Shown here in pieces: positions 39,774 to 48,105 of a DNA stretch of 64,000 bases. Source of the DNA: an uncultured Clostridia bacterium (GTDB lineage Bacteria; Bacillota; Clostridia; TANB77; CAG-508). Where the stretch lies: positions 12,956 to 76,955 of the forward strand of contig CAKPOI010000002.1 of NCBI GenBank assembly GCA_934169775.1, written 5' to 3'. Each line of letters starts with the position of its first letter. Position 1 is the first letter of the stretch. The translations under genes and the position numbers were made by a program. The notes beneath the pieces were generated by a model. That model had not been told where the DNA came from. It saw only the letters and a program-made list of their open reading frames with translations, and did no database searches.

Positions 39774-41395
39774 GGTAAATCACCTTCTATCTTTACAGTA
39801 ATTACATCATTATTTTTTTGTCCTGATGTTGATATGACATTTGTTAAAATTACTTCTGTTTTTATACTTCCTATAAAGAATGCAATTTGCTCATATTTAG
39901 AAGATTCTACAAGTATTTCAACATGTCTTGAATCTGTATTTTGTATAGATTTTATTTGTACTGTTTTTGGTATAACATTCATTAATTGATTTAGTAAATT
40001 TGGTATTGAACCTTTTACTTTATTTTTTTCTTGTAGTCTTGTACTTAATGCTTCTAAATTTGATATTTGTGTTGAATAGTCACTTTTTATTTGTTTTATT
40101 TTGTTATCGTCATTGTTTACAAGTTGTATTTGTTGTTGTGTGCTTTGTGATGATTCTGTTGCTTCTTGACTCTTTTTTGTGAATTGATTTTTTAACATCA
40201 TTGCAAATCCACTATATACTACAAATAGAATTAATATTGTTGCCATTATATTTAATAACACTTTTTCTTGTTGATCTAATGGCTCTTTTAAGTCATTTGT
40301 TAATAGTCCACTTGCTAATTTTTTATCTTTAGGTTTGTCATTTTTTCCACCTAAATCTAATGTTAAAAATTCTTTTATTTTTTCCATTGTTGTACTCTTT
40401 TTAAAGTTTAAACCTTCTATTCCTTCTCCTAATCCCATCAATGCTATTGCTATTGCAGAGTTTACTTCTATATAGTCTTTTATATTTATTTCAGGTGTTA
40501 CTTGAATAAAGCTTGGTTTTAATATTTCGCATTTTACATTATTCAAATATTCTTGGAAATATAGATCTACATTGTTTATTAATGCTGCTGTTCCTGTAAT
40601 ATATACATTTTCTATTTTGTCCAAATTTTCATTAATCACCTTTTGTACTTGTCCAACAATTTGATATAGAACTGGCATTATTTCTTCTAAGTTTCCTGTT
40701 TGTTCTTCTGATAGTTCTTTTCCTTCTGAAGTATATATTGTTGTATTTTTACATGTTTCATATGCCTTTGAATAAGAATTTTCTTTTAAATTTATTTTTT
40801 CTAAAAATTCCCCGCTTCCTTGTTCTAATACTTTTATATCATTTACTTTTTTATTTAAAATTGTTGTTATTGTTGTTTCTTCTTCAATATTTACTACTAT
40901 TGAATTGCTTTTTATTTGTTCTTTTCCTAATAGTGTAGCTATTGCCATAGGTAAAGGAAATGCACCTGCCATTTTATAATTTTGTAACATTTGTATTTGC
41001 TTATTTAACTCTATTTTATTGTTTGTTATGAATATTACTTTTAGTTTTTGTTCATCTTGTCTGTCTTCTGTAATTGCATACCTTGTTTCAAAAACATTTG
41101 GATTATATCCTTTATCTGAGCAATATGATTCAAATTCTGTTTTTACTGCTTTATCTAAATCTTTTTTACTTAGCATAGCAAACATAGGAAAATATTGATA
41201 CATTTCTTCTGACAAATTTATGCATATTGGTATTTTATAACTGTATGTTTCTTCTATTATCTGTTTTATTCCATCTTCTACTTTTTCATAAAATTTGATT
41301 CCAAAAGTTTCTACTTTTTTTACGTCTTTTTCCTTTGAAACTTTGGCATATTTAATTAAATTATTTTCGATATACAAACCTAAACAACTTGCCAT
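39770..41395 (-). CDS. PilM-PilN fusion protein
   Basis: About 350 aa of actin-like PilM (LGLYIENNLIKYAKV...), then a TM segment (LLNIMATILILFVVYSGFAMM), a coiled coil and a PilN-like domain (VQIKSIQN...VEILVES). Confidence 0.8.
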   Translation of the reverse strand: MASCLGLYIENNLIKYAKVSKEKDVKKVETFGIKFYEKVEDGIKQIIEETYSYKIPICINLSEEMYQYFPMFAMLSKKDLDKAVKTEFESYCSDKGYNPNVFETRYAITEDRQDEQKLKVIFITNNKIELNKQIQMLQNYKMAGAFPLPMAIATLLGKEQIKSNSIVVNIEEETTITTILNKKVNDIKVLEQGSGEFLEKINLKENSYSKAYETCKNTTIYTSEGKELSEEQTGNLEEIMPVLYQIVGQVQKVINENLDKIENVYITGTAALINNVDLYFQEYLNNVKCEILKPSFIQVTPEINIKDYIEVNSAIAIALMGLGEGIEGLNFKKSTTMEKIKEFLTLDLGGKNDKPKDKKLASGLLTNDLKEPLDQQEKVLLNIMATILILFVVYSGFAMMLKNQFTKKSQEATESSQSTQQQIQLVNNDDNKIKQIKSDYSTQISNLEALSTRLQEKNKVKGSIPNLLNQLMNVIPKTVQIKSIQNTDSRHVEILVESSKYEQIAFFIGSIKTEVILTNVISTSGQKNNDVITVKIEGDLP

Positions 41396-41584
41396 TTTCT
41401 GCTCCTTATCTTAATTTATATTTATATCTTTTACTTTATAGCAAAAAACATACTGTATTTTTTTACATATGCATGAAAATTATGCTATTAAATTCTATTT
41501 TATTTTATCGTTTTTTGGCAAAAAGTCAATATTTTTTATCAAAATATAATATAAATGTAATATGTCTGTAATATTATTGTAATA

Positions 41585-42916
41585 TTATTTTTTTTGCATT
41601 TTTGCTATGTAAAAACCATCTTGTTTTTCTGTTGGTTCTATTTCAAATTCCTTGCACTCATAGCTAGAATTTTTTTCCAAAAATTTCTGTACAATATCAT
41701 GATTTTCTTCTTTAAAAATACTACATGTTGAATATATTAGTGTTCCTTCTTTTTTTAAATATTTGCTACAATTTTCCAATATTTGATATTGTATTTTTGA
41801 TATAACTTTTAAATCCTCTGGTTTTCTATGCCATTTTATATCAGGCTTTCTTTTGATTACGCCTATTCCCATGCATGGTACATCTAGTAAAATTTTATCA
41901 AATTTTTCTTCATATTCTTTTTTATATTTTGTTGCATCATTTTGTTCTGTTTTTATAATTTCAATTCCTAGTCTTTTTGCGTTTTCTTCTATTAAATTTG
42001 TTCTTGATTGATATAAGTCCCATGCTAAAATTTCGCCTTTATTACCCATTAATTCAGCTAGATATGTTGTTTTTCCACCAGGCGCACTACATGCATCTAA
42101 TATATAATCATTTTCTTTAGGTTCTAACATATATGCTGCCATTCCTGCTGATAGATCTTGAACTGTAAAATATCCATTTTTAAACATATCTATATTTTCT
42201 ATATTTTTTACTTTTTCTAGAATATAAAAATCAGGGTTTTCTTTAATATTAGTAAAATTTATTTTTTCTTCTTTTAAATTTTTCTCAAATTGTTCTTTGT
42301 TAATTTTTAAATTATTTCTTCTTATTGTTATATTTGGTCTTTGTACCAAACTACCACAGATTTTCCTTACTTCTGCTAAAATTTTTTCATTTTTTGTTTT
42401 ATCTTCTTTTGTAATATTATATCCCCTATCCTCTAATAATTTTTCTATTATCCATGTTGGCATAGATGTTGTTTTTGATATTTTTTCTATTGGATTTTCT
42501 ATTTTAAATAGTTCGGCATAATCTACCATACTTACTTTTCTTAATATTGCATTTACAAAATTTGCACTTGATTTATGTCCATATCTTTTTGCTAGATTTA
42601 CACTTTCATTTACTGCTGCTGATTGTGGGATTTTATCTAAAAATAATATTTGATATATTCCCATTCTTAATATATTAATTACCCAAGGTGATATTTTTTT
42701 CATTTTTATTTTTGAGTGTTTTTCTATTATTACATCTAATGTTAATTTCCATGTTGTTACTCCATATGTTATTTCTGAAATTAATCCTATATCCTGTGGT
42801 TTTAATTTTTCTCTATTAGCATTTAATATTTCATTTAGTGCTATATTTGAATATGCTTCTTCTTTATCAATTTTATATAATACTTTTAGTGCTAGTTCTC
42901 TTACTTTATCTACCAT
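41585..42916 (-). CDS. rsmB: 16S rRNA (cytosine967-C5)-methyltransferase
   Basis: NusB-like N-terminal domain plus a SAM methyltransferase domain (DACSAPGGKTT...DVPCMGIGV...YSTCS). Confidence 0.9.
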   Translation of the reverse strand: MVDKVRELALKVLYKIDKEEAYSNIALNEILNANREKLKPQDIGLISEITYGVTTWKLTLDVIIEKHSKIKMKKISPWVINILRMGIYQILFLDKIPQSAAVNESVNLAKRYGHKSSANFVNAILRKVSMVDYAELFKIENPIEKISKTTSMPTWIIEKLLEDRGYNITKEDKTKNEKILAEVRKICGSLVQRPNITIRRNNLKINKEQFEKNLKEEKINFTNIKENPDFYILEKVKNIENIDMFKNGYFTVQDLSAGMAAYMLEPKENDYILDACSAPGGKTTYLAELMGNKGEILAWDLYQSRTNLIEENAKRLGIEIIKTEQNDATKYKKEYEEKFDKILLDVPCMGIGVIKRKPDIKWHRKPEDLKVISKIQYQILENCSKYLKKEGTLIYSTCSIFKEENHDIVQKFLEKNSSYECKEFEIEPTEKQDGFYIAKMQKK

Positions 42917-43065
42917 TTTTTTACCATCCTTTTTTATTGCATTTTATCATGTTTCATTTTAATTGTAAATTTATTTTTTGCAATATTTTTATTTTTATTT
43001 GTATATTTTTTCAAAAAACGGAAAAAATGTTTATAATAGATTTTTAATGAAAGGAATGTGTGTAT

Positions 43066-43287
43066 ATGGAAATTGAAAAACATTTAACTATAACAGGCAA
43101 TTCAACTGTATCTTGGAAAGATGCTATTGTTAAAGCTATTGAGGAGGCTTCTAAAACTATTGATTATTTATCAAGTGTTAGAATTTTAGATCAATATGCA
43201 AAAATTGATGGAAATAAGATTTCTGAATATTTTGTTGATTTAGATTTAAGTTTTGTTTTAGATTTAAATAGAAAGGATGAAAAATAG
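43066..43287 (+). CDS. Dodecin-family small protein
   Basis: MEIEKHLTITGNSTVSWKDAIVKAIEEASKTIDYLSSVRILDQYAKIDGNKISEYFVDLDLSFVLD fits the dodecin pattern (I.G.S..S..dAi..A...A..T.......i..g.i..y.v.l.v.F.l). RBS AAGGAA sits 9 nt upstream. Its stop abuts the spoVAC ATG. Confidence 0.65.
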   Translation: MEIEKHLTITGNSTVSWKDAIVKAIEEASKTIDYLSSVRILDQYAKIDGNKISEYFVDLDLSFVLDLNRKDEK

Positions 43288-43767
43288 ATGAATTCTAATT
43301 CTTCTAATCCAATTGAAAGTAAGCAAAAATATCAAGAATATGTTAATAAGAAATCTCCTAATTCTCCTATTTGGAAGAATTGCTTTAATGCTTTTTGGGT
43401 TGGTGGTTTAATTTGTACTATTGGACAAATTATTTCTAATATTTGCAAGTCTCGTGGTTTTGATACTGCTATGTCTGGTACTATTGTTTCTATTATTCTT
43501 ATTGGTATTTCTGCATTTTTGACTGGATTAAATATTTTTAATAAGATTGGTAAATTTGCTGGTGCTGGTTCTTTAGTTCCTATTACTGGTTTTGCAAATT
43601 CTATTGTTTCTCCAGCTATGGAGTATAAATCTGAAGGTTATGTTATGGGTGTTGGTGGCAAAATGTTTACTGTTGCTGGCCCAGTTTTAGTTTTTGGTAT
43701 TTCTGCTTCTATTATTGTTGGACTTGTTTATTTGCTATTTAATACTCAATCTATTACTTTGGTATAG
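43288..43767 (+). CDS. spoVAC: Stage V sporulation protein AC
   Basis: KNCFNAFWVGGLICTIGQ...VPITGFANSIVSPAMEYKSEGYVMG. Confidence 0.93.
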   Translation: MNSNSSNPIESKQKYQEYVNKKSPNSPIWKNCFNAFWVGGLICTIGQIISNICKSRGFDTAMSGTIVSIILIGISAFLTGLNIFNKIGKFAGAGSLVPITGFANSIVSPAMEYKSEGYVMGVGGKMFTVAGPVLVFGISASIIVGLVYLLFNTQSITLV

Positions 43768-43887
43768 AGTTTATTACTTTGTTTGTGTATGAAAATTGCT
43801 TTGCAAATTTCATAGCAAATTATTGATGTAATTTATCTCTTTGTAATTAGCATTTTATTTAAAATTTTATGTTAGGAGTTGAATTTT

Positions 43888-44889
43888 TTGAAAAAGTTAG
43901 GTAAACAAACTATTCAGTTTGATGCTCCTCCTACTATTGCAGAATGTGCAAGTATAGTTGGTCCTAAGGAGGCTCAAGGTCCTCTTTCTAAATATTTTGA
44001 TCAAACTTTAGATGATGAATTTTGGGGAGAAAAAACTTGGGAAAAAGCTGAAAGTAAAATTATAAAAGAAACTGTAAATACTGTTATTAATAAATCTGGT
44101 ATTCCTTCTGATAAAATTGATTGCTGTTTTGCTGGTGATTTATTAAATCAGTGTATTTCTTCTAGTTTTGGACTTCGTGAATTAAATATTCCGTTTTTTG
44201 GAGTTTTTGGTGCTTGTTCTACTTTTGTAGAATCTATGTGTTTAGGAGCAATGTGTGTGGAAAGTTTTGCTGAAAATGTACTTTGTGCTACATCTAGTCA
44301 TTTTTGTAGTGCAGAAAAGCAATTCCGTTTTCCTTTAGAATTAGGAAATCAACGTCCTCCTTCTGCTCAATGGACTGTTACTGGTTCTGGTGCAGCTATT
44401 TTGACTAAATCTGGTCAAGGTCCTTTTATTACTACCATCACTCCTGGTAAAATTGTTGATATGGGTATAAAGGATGCTAATAATATGGGTGCTGCTATGG
44501 CTCCAGCTTTTTGTGATACATTAGTTACTCATTTTTTGGATACTGGTAGAAATCCTAGTTATTATGATGTTATTATTAGTGGAGATTTAGGCTATATTGG
44601 TAAGGATATTGCTATAGATATTATGCGTTCTCAAGGTTATAATATTAGGTCTAATTATAATGATTGTGGTGTTCTTATTTTTGATAAGTCTGAACAAGAT
44701 ACTCATTCTGGTGGTAGTGGATGTGGTTGCTGTGGTTCTGTTTTTTCTGGTTATTTCTTTAAGCAATTACGTGATAGAAAAATTAAAAAGATGCTTCTTA
44801 TTGCTACTGGTGCTTTGATGAATTCTACTAGTTCTCAACAAGGTGAGAGTATTCCTGGTATTGCTCATGCTATTAGTATTGAGGTTTAA
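43888..44889 (+). CDS. spoVAD: Stage V sporulation protein AD
   Basis: KKLGKQTIQF...FAGDLLNQ...FGACST...GGSGCGCCGSV resembles B. subtilis SpoVAD along its length. I chose the TTG at 43888 (9 nt after AGGAG) over the TTG at 43879, which abuts the RBS. Confidence 0.93.
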   Translation: MKKLGKQTIQFDAPPTIAECASIVGPKEAQGPLSKYFDQTLDDEFWGEKTWEKAESKIIKETVNTVINKSGIPSDKIDCCFAGDLLNQCISSSFGLRELNIPFFGVFGACSTFVESMCLGAMCVESFAENVLCATSSHFCSAEKQFRFPLELGNQRPPSAQWTVTGSGAAILTKSGQGPFITTITPGKIVDMGIKDANNMGAAMAPAFCDTLVTHFLDTGRNPSYYDVIISGDLGYIGKDIAIDIMRSQGYNIRSNYNDCGVLIFDKSEQDTHSGGSGCGCCGSVFSGYFFKQLRDRKIKKMLLIATGALMNSTSSQQGESIPGIAHAISIEV

Positions 44890-44903
44890 ATTTTTTTATT
44901 AAA

Positions 44904-44982
44904 GATGCGGACTTTAATATGCTCTAATAAGTGCTAATGTTATTAATGTCCGCTTTTGTTCTATTATAGTATTATAGTATAG
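44904..44982. repeat. Family-B element copy inside the spoVA operon (spoVAD-spoVAEb spacer)
   Basis: GATGCGGACTTTAATATGCTCTAATAAGTGCTAATGTTATTAATGTCCGCTTTTGTTCTATTATAG is nearly identical to 738-804. Confidence 0.6.
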
Positions 44983-44997
44983 ATTGGGGGTTATCTT

Positions 44998-45390
44998 ATG
45001 GATTTGAATTGGGCTGAAGTTTTTGCTTGGCCGTCTCTTTTGAAGTGCTTTGTTGTTGGTGGACTTATTTGTGTGATTGGCCAAATTTTAATTGATAAAA
45101 CTAAACTTACTCCTGCTCGTATTTTAGTTATTTTTGTTACTACTGGTGCTATTCTGGGTGGTCTTGGTATTTATCAATATCTTGTTGATTTCGCTGGTGC
45201 TGGTGCTACTGTTCCTTTGACTGGTTTTGGCTACAATTTGGCTAAAGGTGCTATTGAGGGTGTTAAACAGTCTGGTATTGTTGGTGCTTTTACTGGTGGT
45301 GTTAAGGCTGCCGCTGGTGGTATTGCTGCTGCTGTCTTTTTCGGTTATCTTGCTTCTTTGATTTCTAAGCCTAAAATGAAAAAGCAGTAA
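44998..45390 (+). CDS. spoVAEb: Stage V sporulation protein AEb
   Basis: LKCFVVGGLICVIGQILID...VPLTGFGYNLAKGA is paralogous to SpoVAC, as expected for SpoVAEb. Confidence 0.9.
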   Translation: MDLNWAEVFAWPSLLKCFVVGGLICVIGQILIDKTKLTPARILVIFVTTGAILGGLGIYQYLVDFAGAGATVPLTGFGYNLAKGAIEGVKQSGIVGAFTGGVKAAAGGIAAAVFFGYLASLISKPKMKKQ

Positions 45391-45446
45391 TATGCAATTT
45401 TATATCATGTTTATTATTATAATTATTAATTTTTTTAAAAATTTTA

Positions 45447-45483
45447 AAAGAACCTTTTTTATCTAATAAGGTTCTTTTTTTCT
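45447..45483 (+). terminator. Rho-independent terminator of the spoVA operon
   Basis: AAAAGAACCTT...AAGGTTCTTTTTTTT. Confidence 0.75.
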
Positions 45484-45516
45484 CTATTTTCATATATTTT
45501 TATATACTTTTTTGAA

Positions 45517-45634
45517 TTTTTTCACGTTTTTGGGAGATGTTTTTTTATTTTTTTCACGTTTTGTGGAGATAAATTTCAAATTTTTTCACGTTTTTGGGAG
45601 ATGCTTTTTTGATTTTTTCACATTTTGTGGAGAT
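45517..45634. repeat. Four phased direct repeats (about 32-nt period) TTTTTTCAC(G/A)TTTT(T)G(G/T)GGAGAT
   Basis: Copies start at 45517, 45548, 45581 and 45613, alternating two subtypes (GGGAGATG and GTGGAGAT). Confidence 0.7.
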
Positions 45635-45645
45635 TCTTTAGAATT

Positions 45646-46287
45646 TTATTGCTTTATTTTTACTCCTAATAAGTACATTATATCTATGGCTTGAAACTGA
45701 TTTATAATAGCTCCTTTTATGTCTTCTATTGAAACTGCTATTCCTTCAATATTACTATTTGATAAATCTATATCTTTTAGACTTGTTTTAAATATCTGAG
45801 CTTGTGTTAAATCTGCTTTGTTGTATATTATATTTTTTAATTTATTTTCTTGGAAATTACTATTTCTTAGACTTGTATCTTCAAATGCTACTTTTTCTAT
45901 ACTGGCTAATGAAAAATTGGCATAATTCATATTTGTTTCTTTAAAACTCACATTGTATATCCTTGTTTCTGTAAGGTTACATCCTGTTAATTTGCAATTA
46001 TTAAACTCACATCTTATAAAACTGCTGTTTTCAAATGAAGTATTTGAAAAATTGCAATTATTAAATTCTATATCAGTAAATGTGCTATATTGTAGTTTAC
46101 TATTTATTATTTCTGTGTTTTTTATTACTGCTTTTTCTATTCTTATATCTGTATATTCATTATTTTCTTCTATGTGATTTTCAAGATATATTTTTTCTAG
46201 TTCTGCATTTTCTTTTAATTCTTTGTTTAGATTTTCAATTTTTCTTAATTTACTTATTTCTATTTTTTGTGGCTTTATTATATTCAA
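45646..46287 (-). CDS. Pentapeptide repeat protein (Qnr/MfpA-like size and layout)
   Basis: 213 aa. Consecutive A(D/N)LXX-type pentapeptides (NCNFSNTSFENSSFIRCEFNNCKLTGCNLTETRIYNVSF...). The C-terminal IEGIAVSIEDIKGAIINQFQAIDIMYLLGVKI resembles the dimerisation end of Qnr-like proteins. Confidence 0.85.
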   Translation of the reverse strand: MNIIKPQKIEISKLRKIENLNKELKENAELEKIYLENHIEENNEYTDIRIEKAVIKNTEIINSKLQYSTFTDIEFNNCNFSNTSFENSSFIRCEFNNCKLTGCNLTETRIYNVSFKETNMNYANFSLASIEKVAFEDTSLRNSNFQENKLKNIIYNKADLTQAQIFKTSLKDIDLSNSNIEGIAVSIEDIKGAIINQFQAIDIMYLLGVKIKQ

Positions 46288-46306
46288 TATTTTTCTCCTT
46301 TTTGTA

Positions 46307-46807
46307 TTAATTTACTTCTTTTATTTCTACTAGTTCAACTTTGTTTCCATGTTCTTTTATAATATTAATTAAATCTTTAGTTTTTAACCATATTGTTGCT
46401 GTATTATCATTTGGATGTATTCCTATAATATCAGTTTTTTCAATAAATTCTTTATCTAGAAAAACTTTTACTTTATTTTCTTTATCATTTAGAATTCCTA
46501 ATGGTGATACAGATCCTGGTAAAATTTGTATCATATCTTTTAATTCTTTTTCTGATGCAAAACTTAATGGTCTAGTATTATTTTCTTTTCTGAATTCTTT
46601 TAGATTTACTCTTTTATTTCCTTTTACTGTTATTAAATAATAGTTTTCTTTTTTGTCATCTCTTACAAATAAGTTTTTGGCATCTGATTCTGGATATGGT
46701 ATTTCTGCTTCAGATATTTCTGACATACTATATACTGCTTTGTGTTCTGTAATTTCATACCATATTTGTTTGTTTTTTATATATTCATATATTTGCTTTT
46801 TATCCAT
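46307..46807 (-). CDS. YbaK/ProX-type aminoacyl-tRNA editing domain protein
   Basis: 166 aa. NLFVRDDKKENYYLITVKGNKRVNLKEF...ILPGSVSPLGI. Confidence 0.8.
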   Translation of the reverse strand: MDKKQIYEYIKNKQIWYEITEHKAVYSMSEISEAEIPYPESDAKNLFVRDDKKENYYLITVKGNKRVNLKEFRKENNTRPLSFASEKELKDMIQILPGSVSPLGILNDKENKVKVFLDKEFIEKTDIIGIHPNDNTATIWLKTKDLINIIKEHGNKVELVEIKEVN

Positions 46808-46970
46808 TTTTACTCCTTTTTATTTCTTCTTTTATTTCTATTATTGTTTGTCTAATACTAACTGTCATAATCTCATGTAAAATGATGATTTACTATTTTA
46901 CTTAACCATTATTATTTTATCTATATTTTTGATAAATTACAATATAATAAATTAAAGTTTATAGAAAAAC

Positions 46971-46992
46971 CTCTCCTCATTTCTGAGGAGAG
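46971..46992. terminator. G+C-rich bidirectional terminator hairpin
   Basis: CTCTCCTCA-TTTC-TGAGGAGAG flanked by A-run and T-run, directly after the stop of the 47006 ORF. Confidence 0.6.
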
Positions 46993-47005
46993 AAAAACAT
47001 ATTTT

Positions 47006-47296
47006 TTACTTTCTTCTGGATACCAGTTTAATTCTCAATGATTTTGTAAAACCAAATTCTTCATTGTCCATAAGGACACCAAAGAAATAGTCTGTATCAT
47101 CTCTGCGGATTTCAACAATTTTGCCAAAGCCTTCATGTTGAATTCCGGGACAAATATATCCATGACAGTCCGCAGTTACGCGAACTCGATCATATAATTG
47201 AAATTTGTCCTCTCCATTAATCCGAACTGCAACAGGGATGTCGAATTCATCGATAATGAGCTGGTAATTTGAATAGATAGTGTTTTCAAGTTTCAT
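47006..47296 (-). CDS. Hypothetical protein (96 aa) in a locally G+C-enriched segment
   Basis: RBS AAGGAGG, with its own promoter-like TTTACA-17-TATACT (47410-47382). The 60-nt blocks in its core are 37-45% G+C, against about 25-28% around it. Confidence 0.55.
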   Translation of the reverse strand: MKLENTIYSNYQLIIDEFDIPVAVRINGEDKFQLYDRVRVTADCHGYICPGIQHEGFGKIVEIRRDDTDYFFGVLMDNEEFGFTKSLRIKLVSRRK

Positions 47297-47410
47297 ATTA
47301 TTTTCCTCCTTGGATAATTATCCTAAAAAATTTGTCTGTGGCCTTTGACGCAACGGAGTTACAATATGTTACATCTCTTATAGTATATCATATTTACATA
47401 AATTTGTAAA

Positions 47411-47440
47411 ACAAAAAGAGACAACTTAAAAAATTGTCCC
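47411..47440 (-). terminator. Terminator downstream of rplT
   Basis: Minus-sense GGGACAA-loop-TTGTCTC (one G-U pair) followed by TTTTTGTTTT. Confidence 0.5.
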
Positions 47441-47478
47441 CCTATTTTTATTTTATCCCTTATTTAGATTTTTTAATA

Positions 47479-47829
47479 CTAAGCTTTTTTTGCAACTTCT
47501 GCTAATTCACTGAATGCTTTTGGATCTGTTATAGCTAAGTCTGATAACATTTTTCTGTTTATTGTTACATTTGCTTTTTTTAGTCCTGCTATCATTTTGC
47601 TATATGTTGTTCCATTCATTCTTGCTGCAGCATTGATTCTTGCTATCCATAATTTTCTGAAATTACTTTTTTTGTCTTTTCTTCCTACATATGCATATGA
47701 TAAAGATTTCATTACTGCTTGGTTTGCATTTCTAAATCTATAGTGTTTTGCACCATAATATCCTTTTGCTTGTTTTAATATTTTTTTATGTCTTGCTCTT
47801 GTTGTTCTAGCTGTTTTAACTCTTGCCAT
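47479..47829 (-). CDS. rplT: 50S ribosomal protein L20
   Basis: [29 protein letters not shown]... I chose the ATG at 47829 because the upstream GTG lies inside the RBS GGAAGGTG. Confidence 0.95.
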   Translation of the reverse strand: MARVKTARTTRARHKKILKQAKGYYGAKHYRFRNANQAVMKSLSYAYVGRKDKKSNFRKLWIARINAAARMNGTTYSKMIAGLKKANVTINRKMLSDLAITDPKAFSELAEVAKKA

Positions 47830-47867
47830 TTTTTTCACCTTCCTTATTTTGATTCTTTTCTAATTGA

Positions 47868-48071
47868 TTATCCACCATATGGTAGTAATTTTTTGATTGT
47901 TTTTTTGCATGATTTGTCTGCATAAGCATCTAATACTTTTCCTGTCTTTCTTTGTCTGCTTGTTTTGTTTGCTAATAAATGTCTTCTATTTGCTTTTGTT
48001 CTTTTTACTTTTCCTGTTGCTGTTAATCCATATCTTTTATTAGCTGCTCTGTTTGTTTTTAATTTTGCCAT
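47868..48071 (-). CDS. rpmI: 50S ribosomal protein L35
   Basis: MAKLKTNRAANKRYGLTATGKVKRTKANRRH. Confidence 0.95.
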   Translation of the reverse strand: MAKLKTNRAANKRYGLTATGKVKRTKANRRHLLANKTSRQRKTGKVLDAYADKSCKKTIKKLLPYGG

Positions 48072-48105
48072 TGGTTTTTCCTCCCTTTCGATTTTGATTT
48101 TTATT

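Noticed and set aside
39586-39783. Small overlapping ORFs (39586-39783, 53911-54126, 62958-63233, 6353-6607).
   Set aside because: They are nested out of frame inside better-supported genes and have odd composition (K/R/N/I-rich). They lack RBSs.
45512-45694. 60-aa ORF, and a possible CRISPR array, at the phased repeats.
   Set aside because: The ORF is the tandem repeat translated. The repeats are about 22 nt with only 8-12-nt spacers, come in two alternating subtypes and have no cas genes nearby. That is not a CRISPR architecture.
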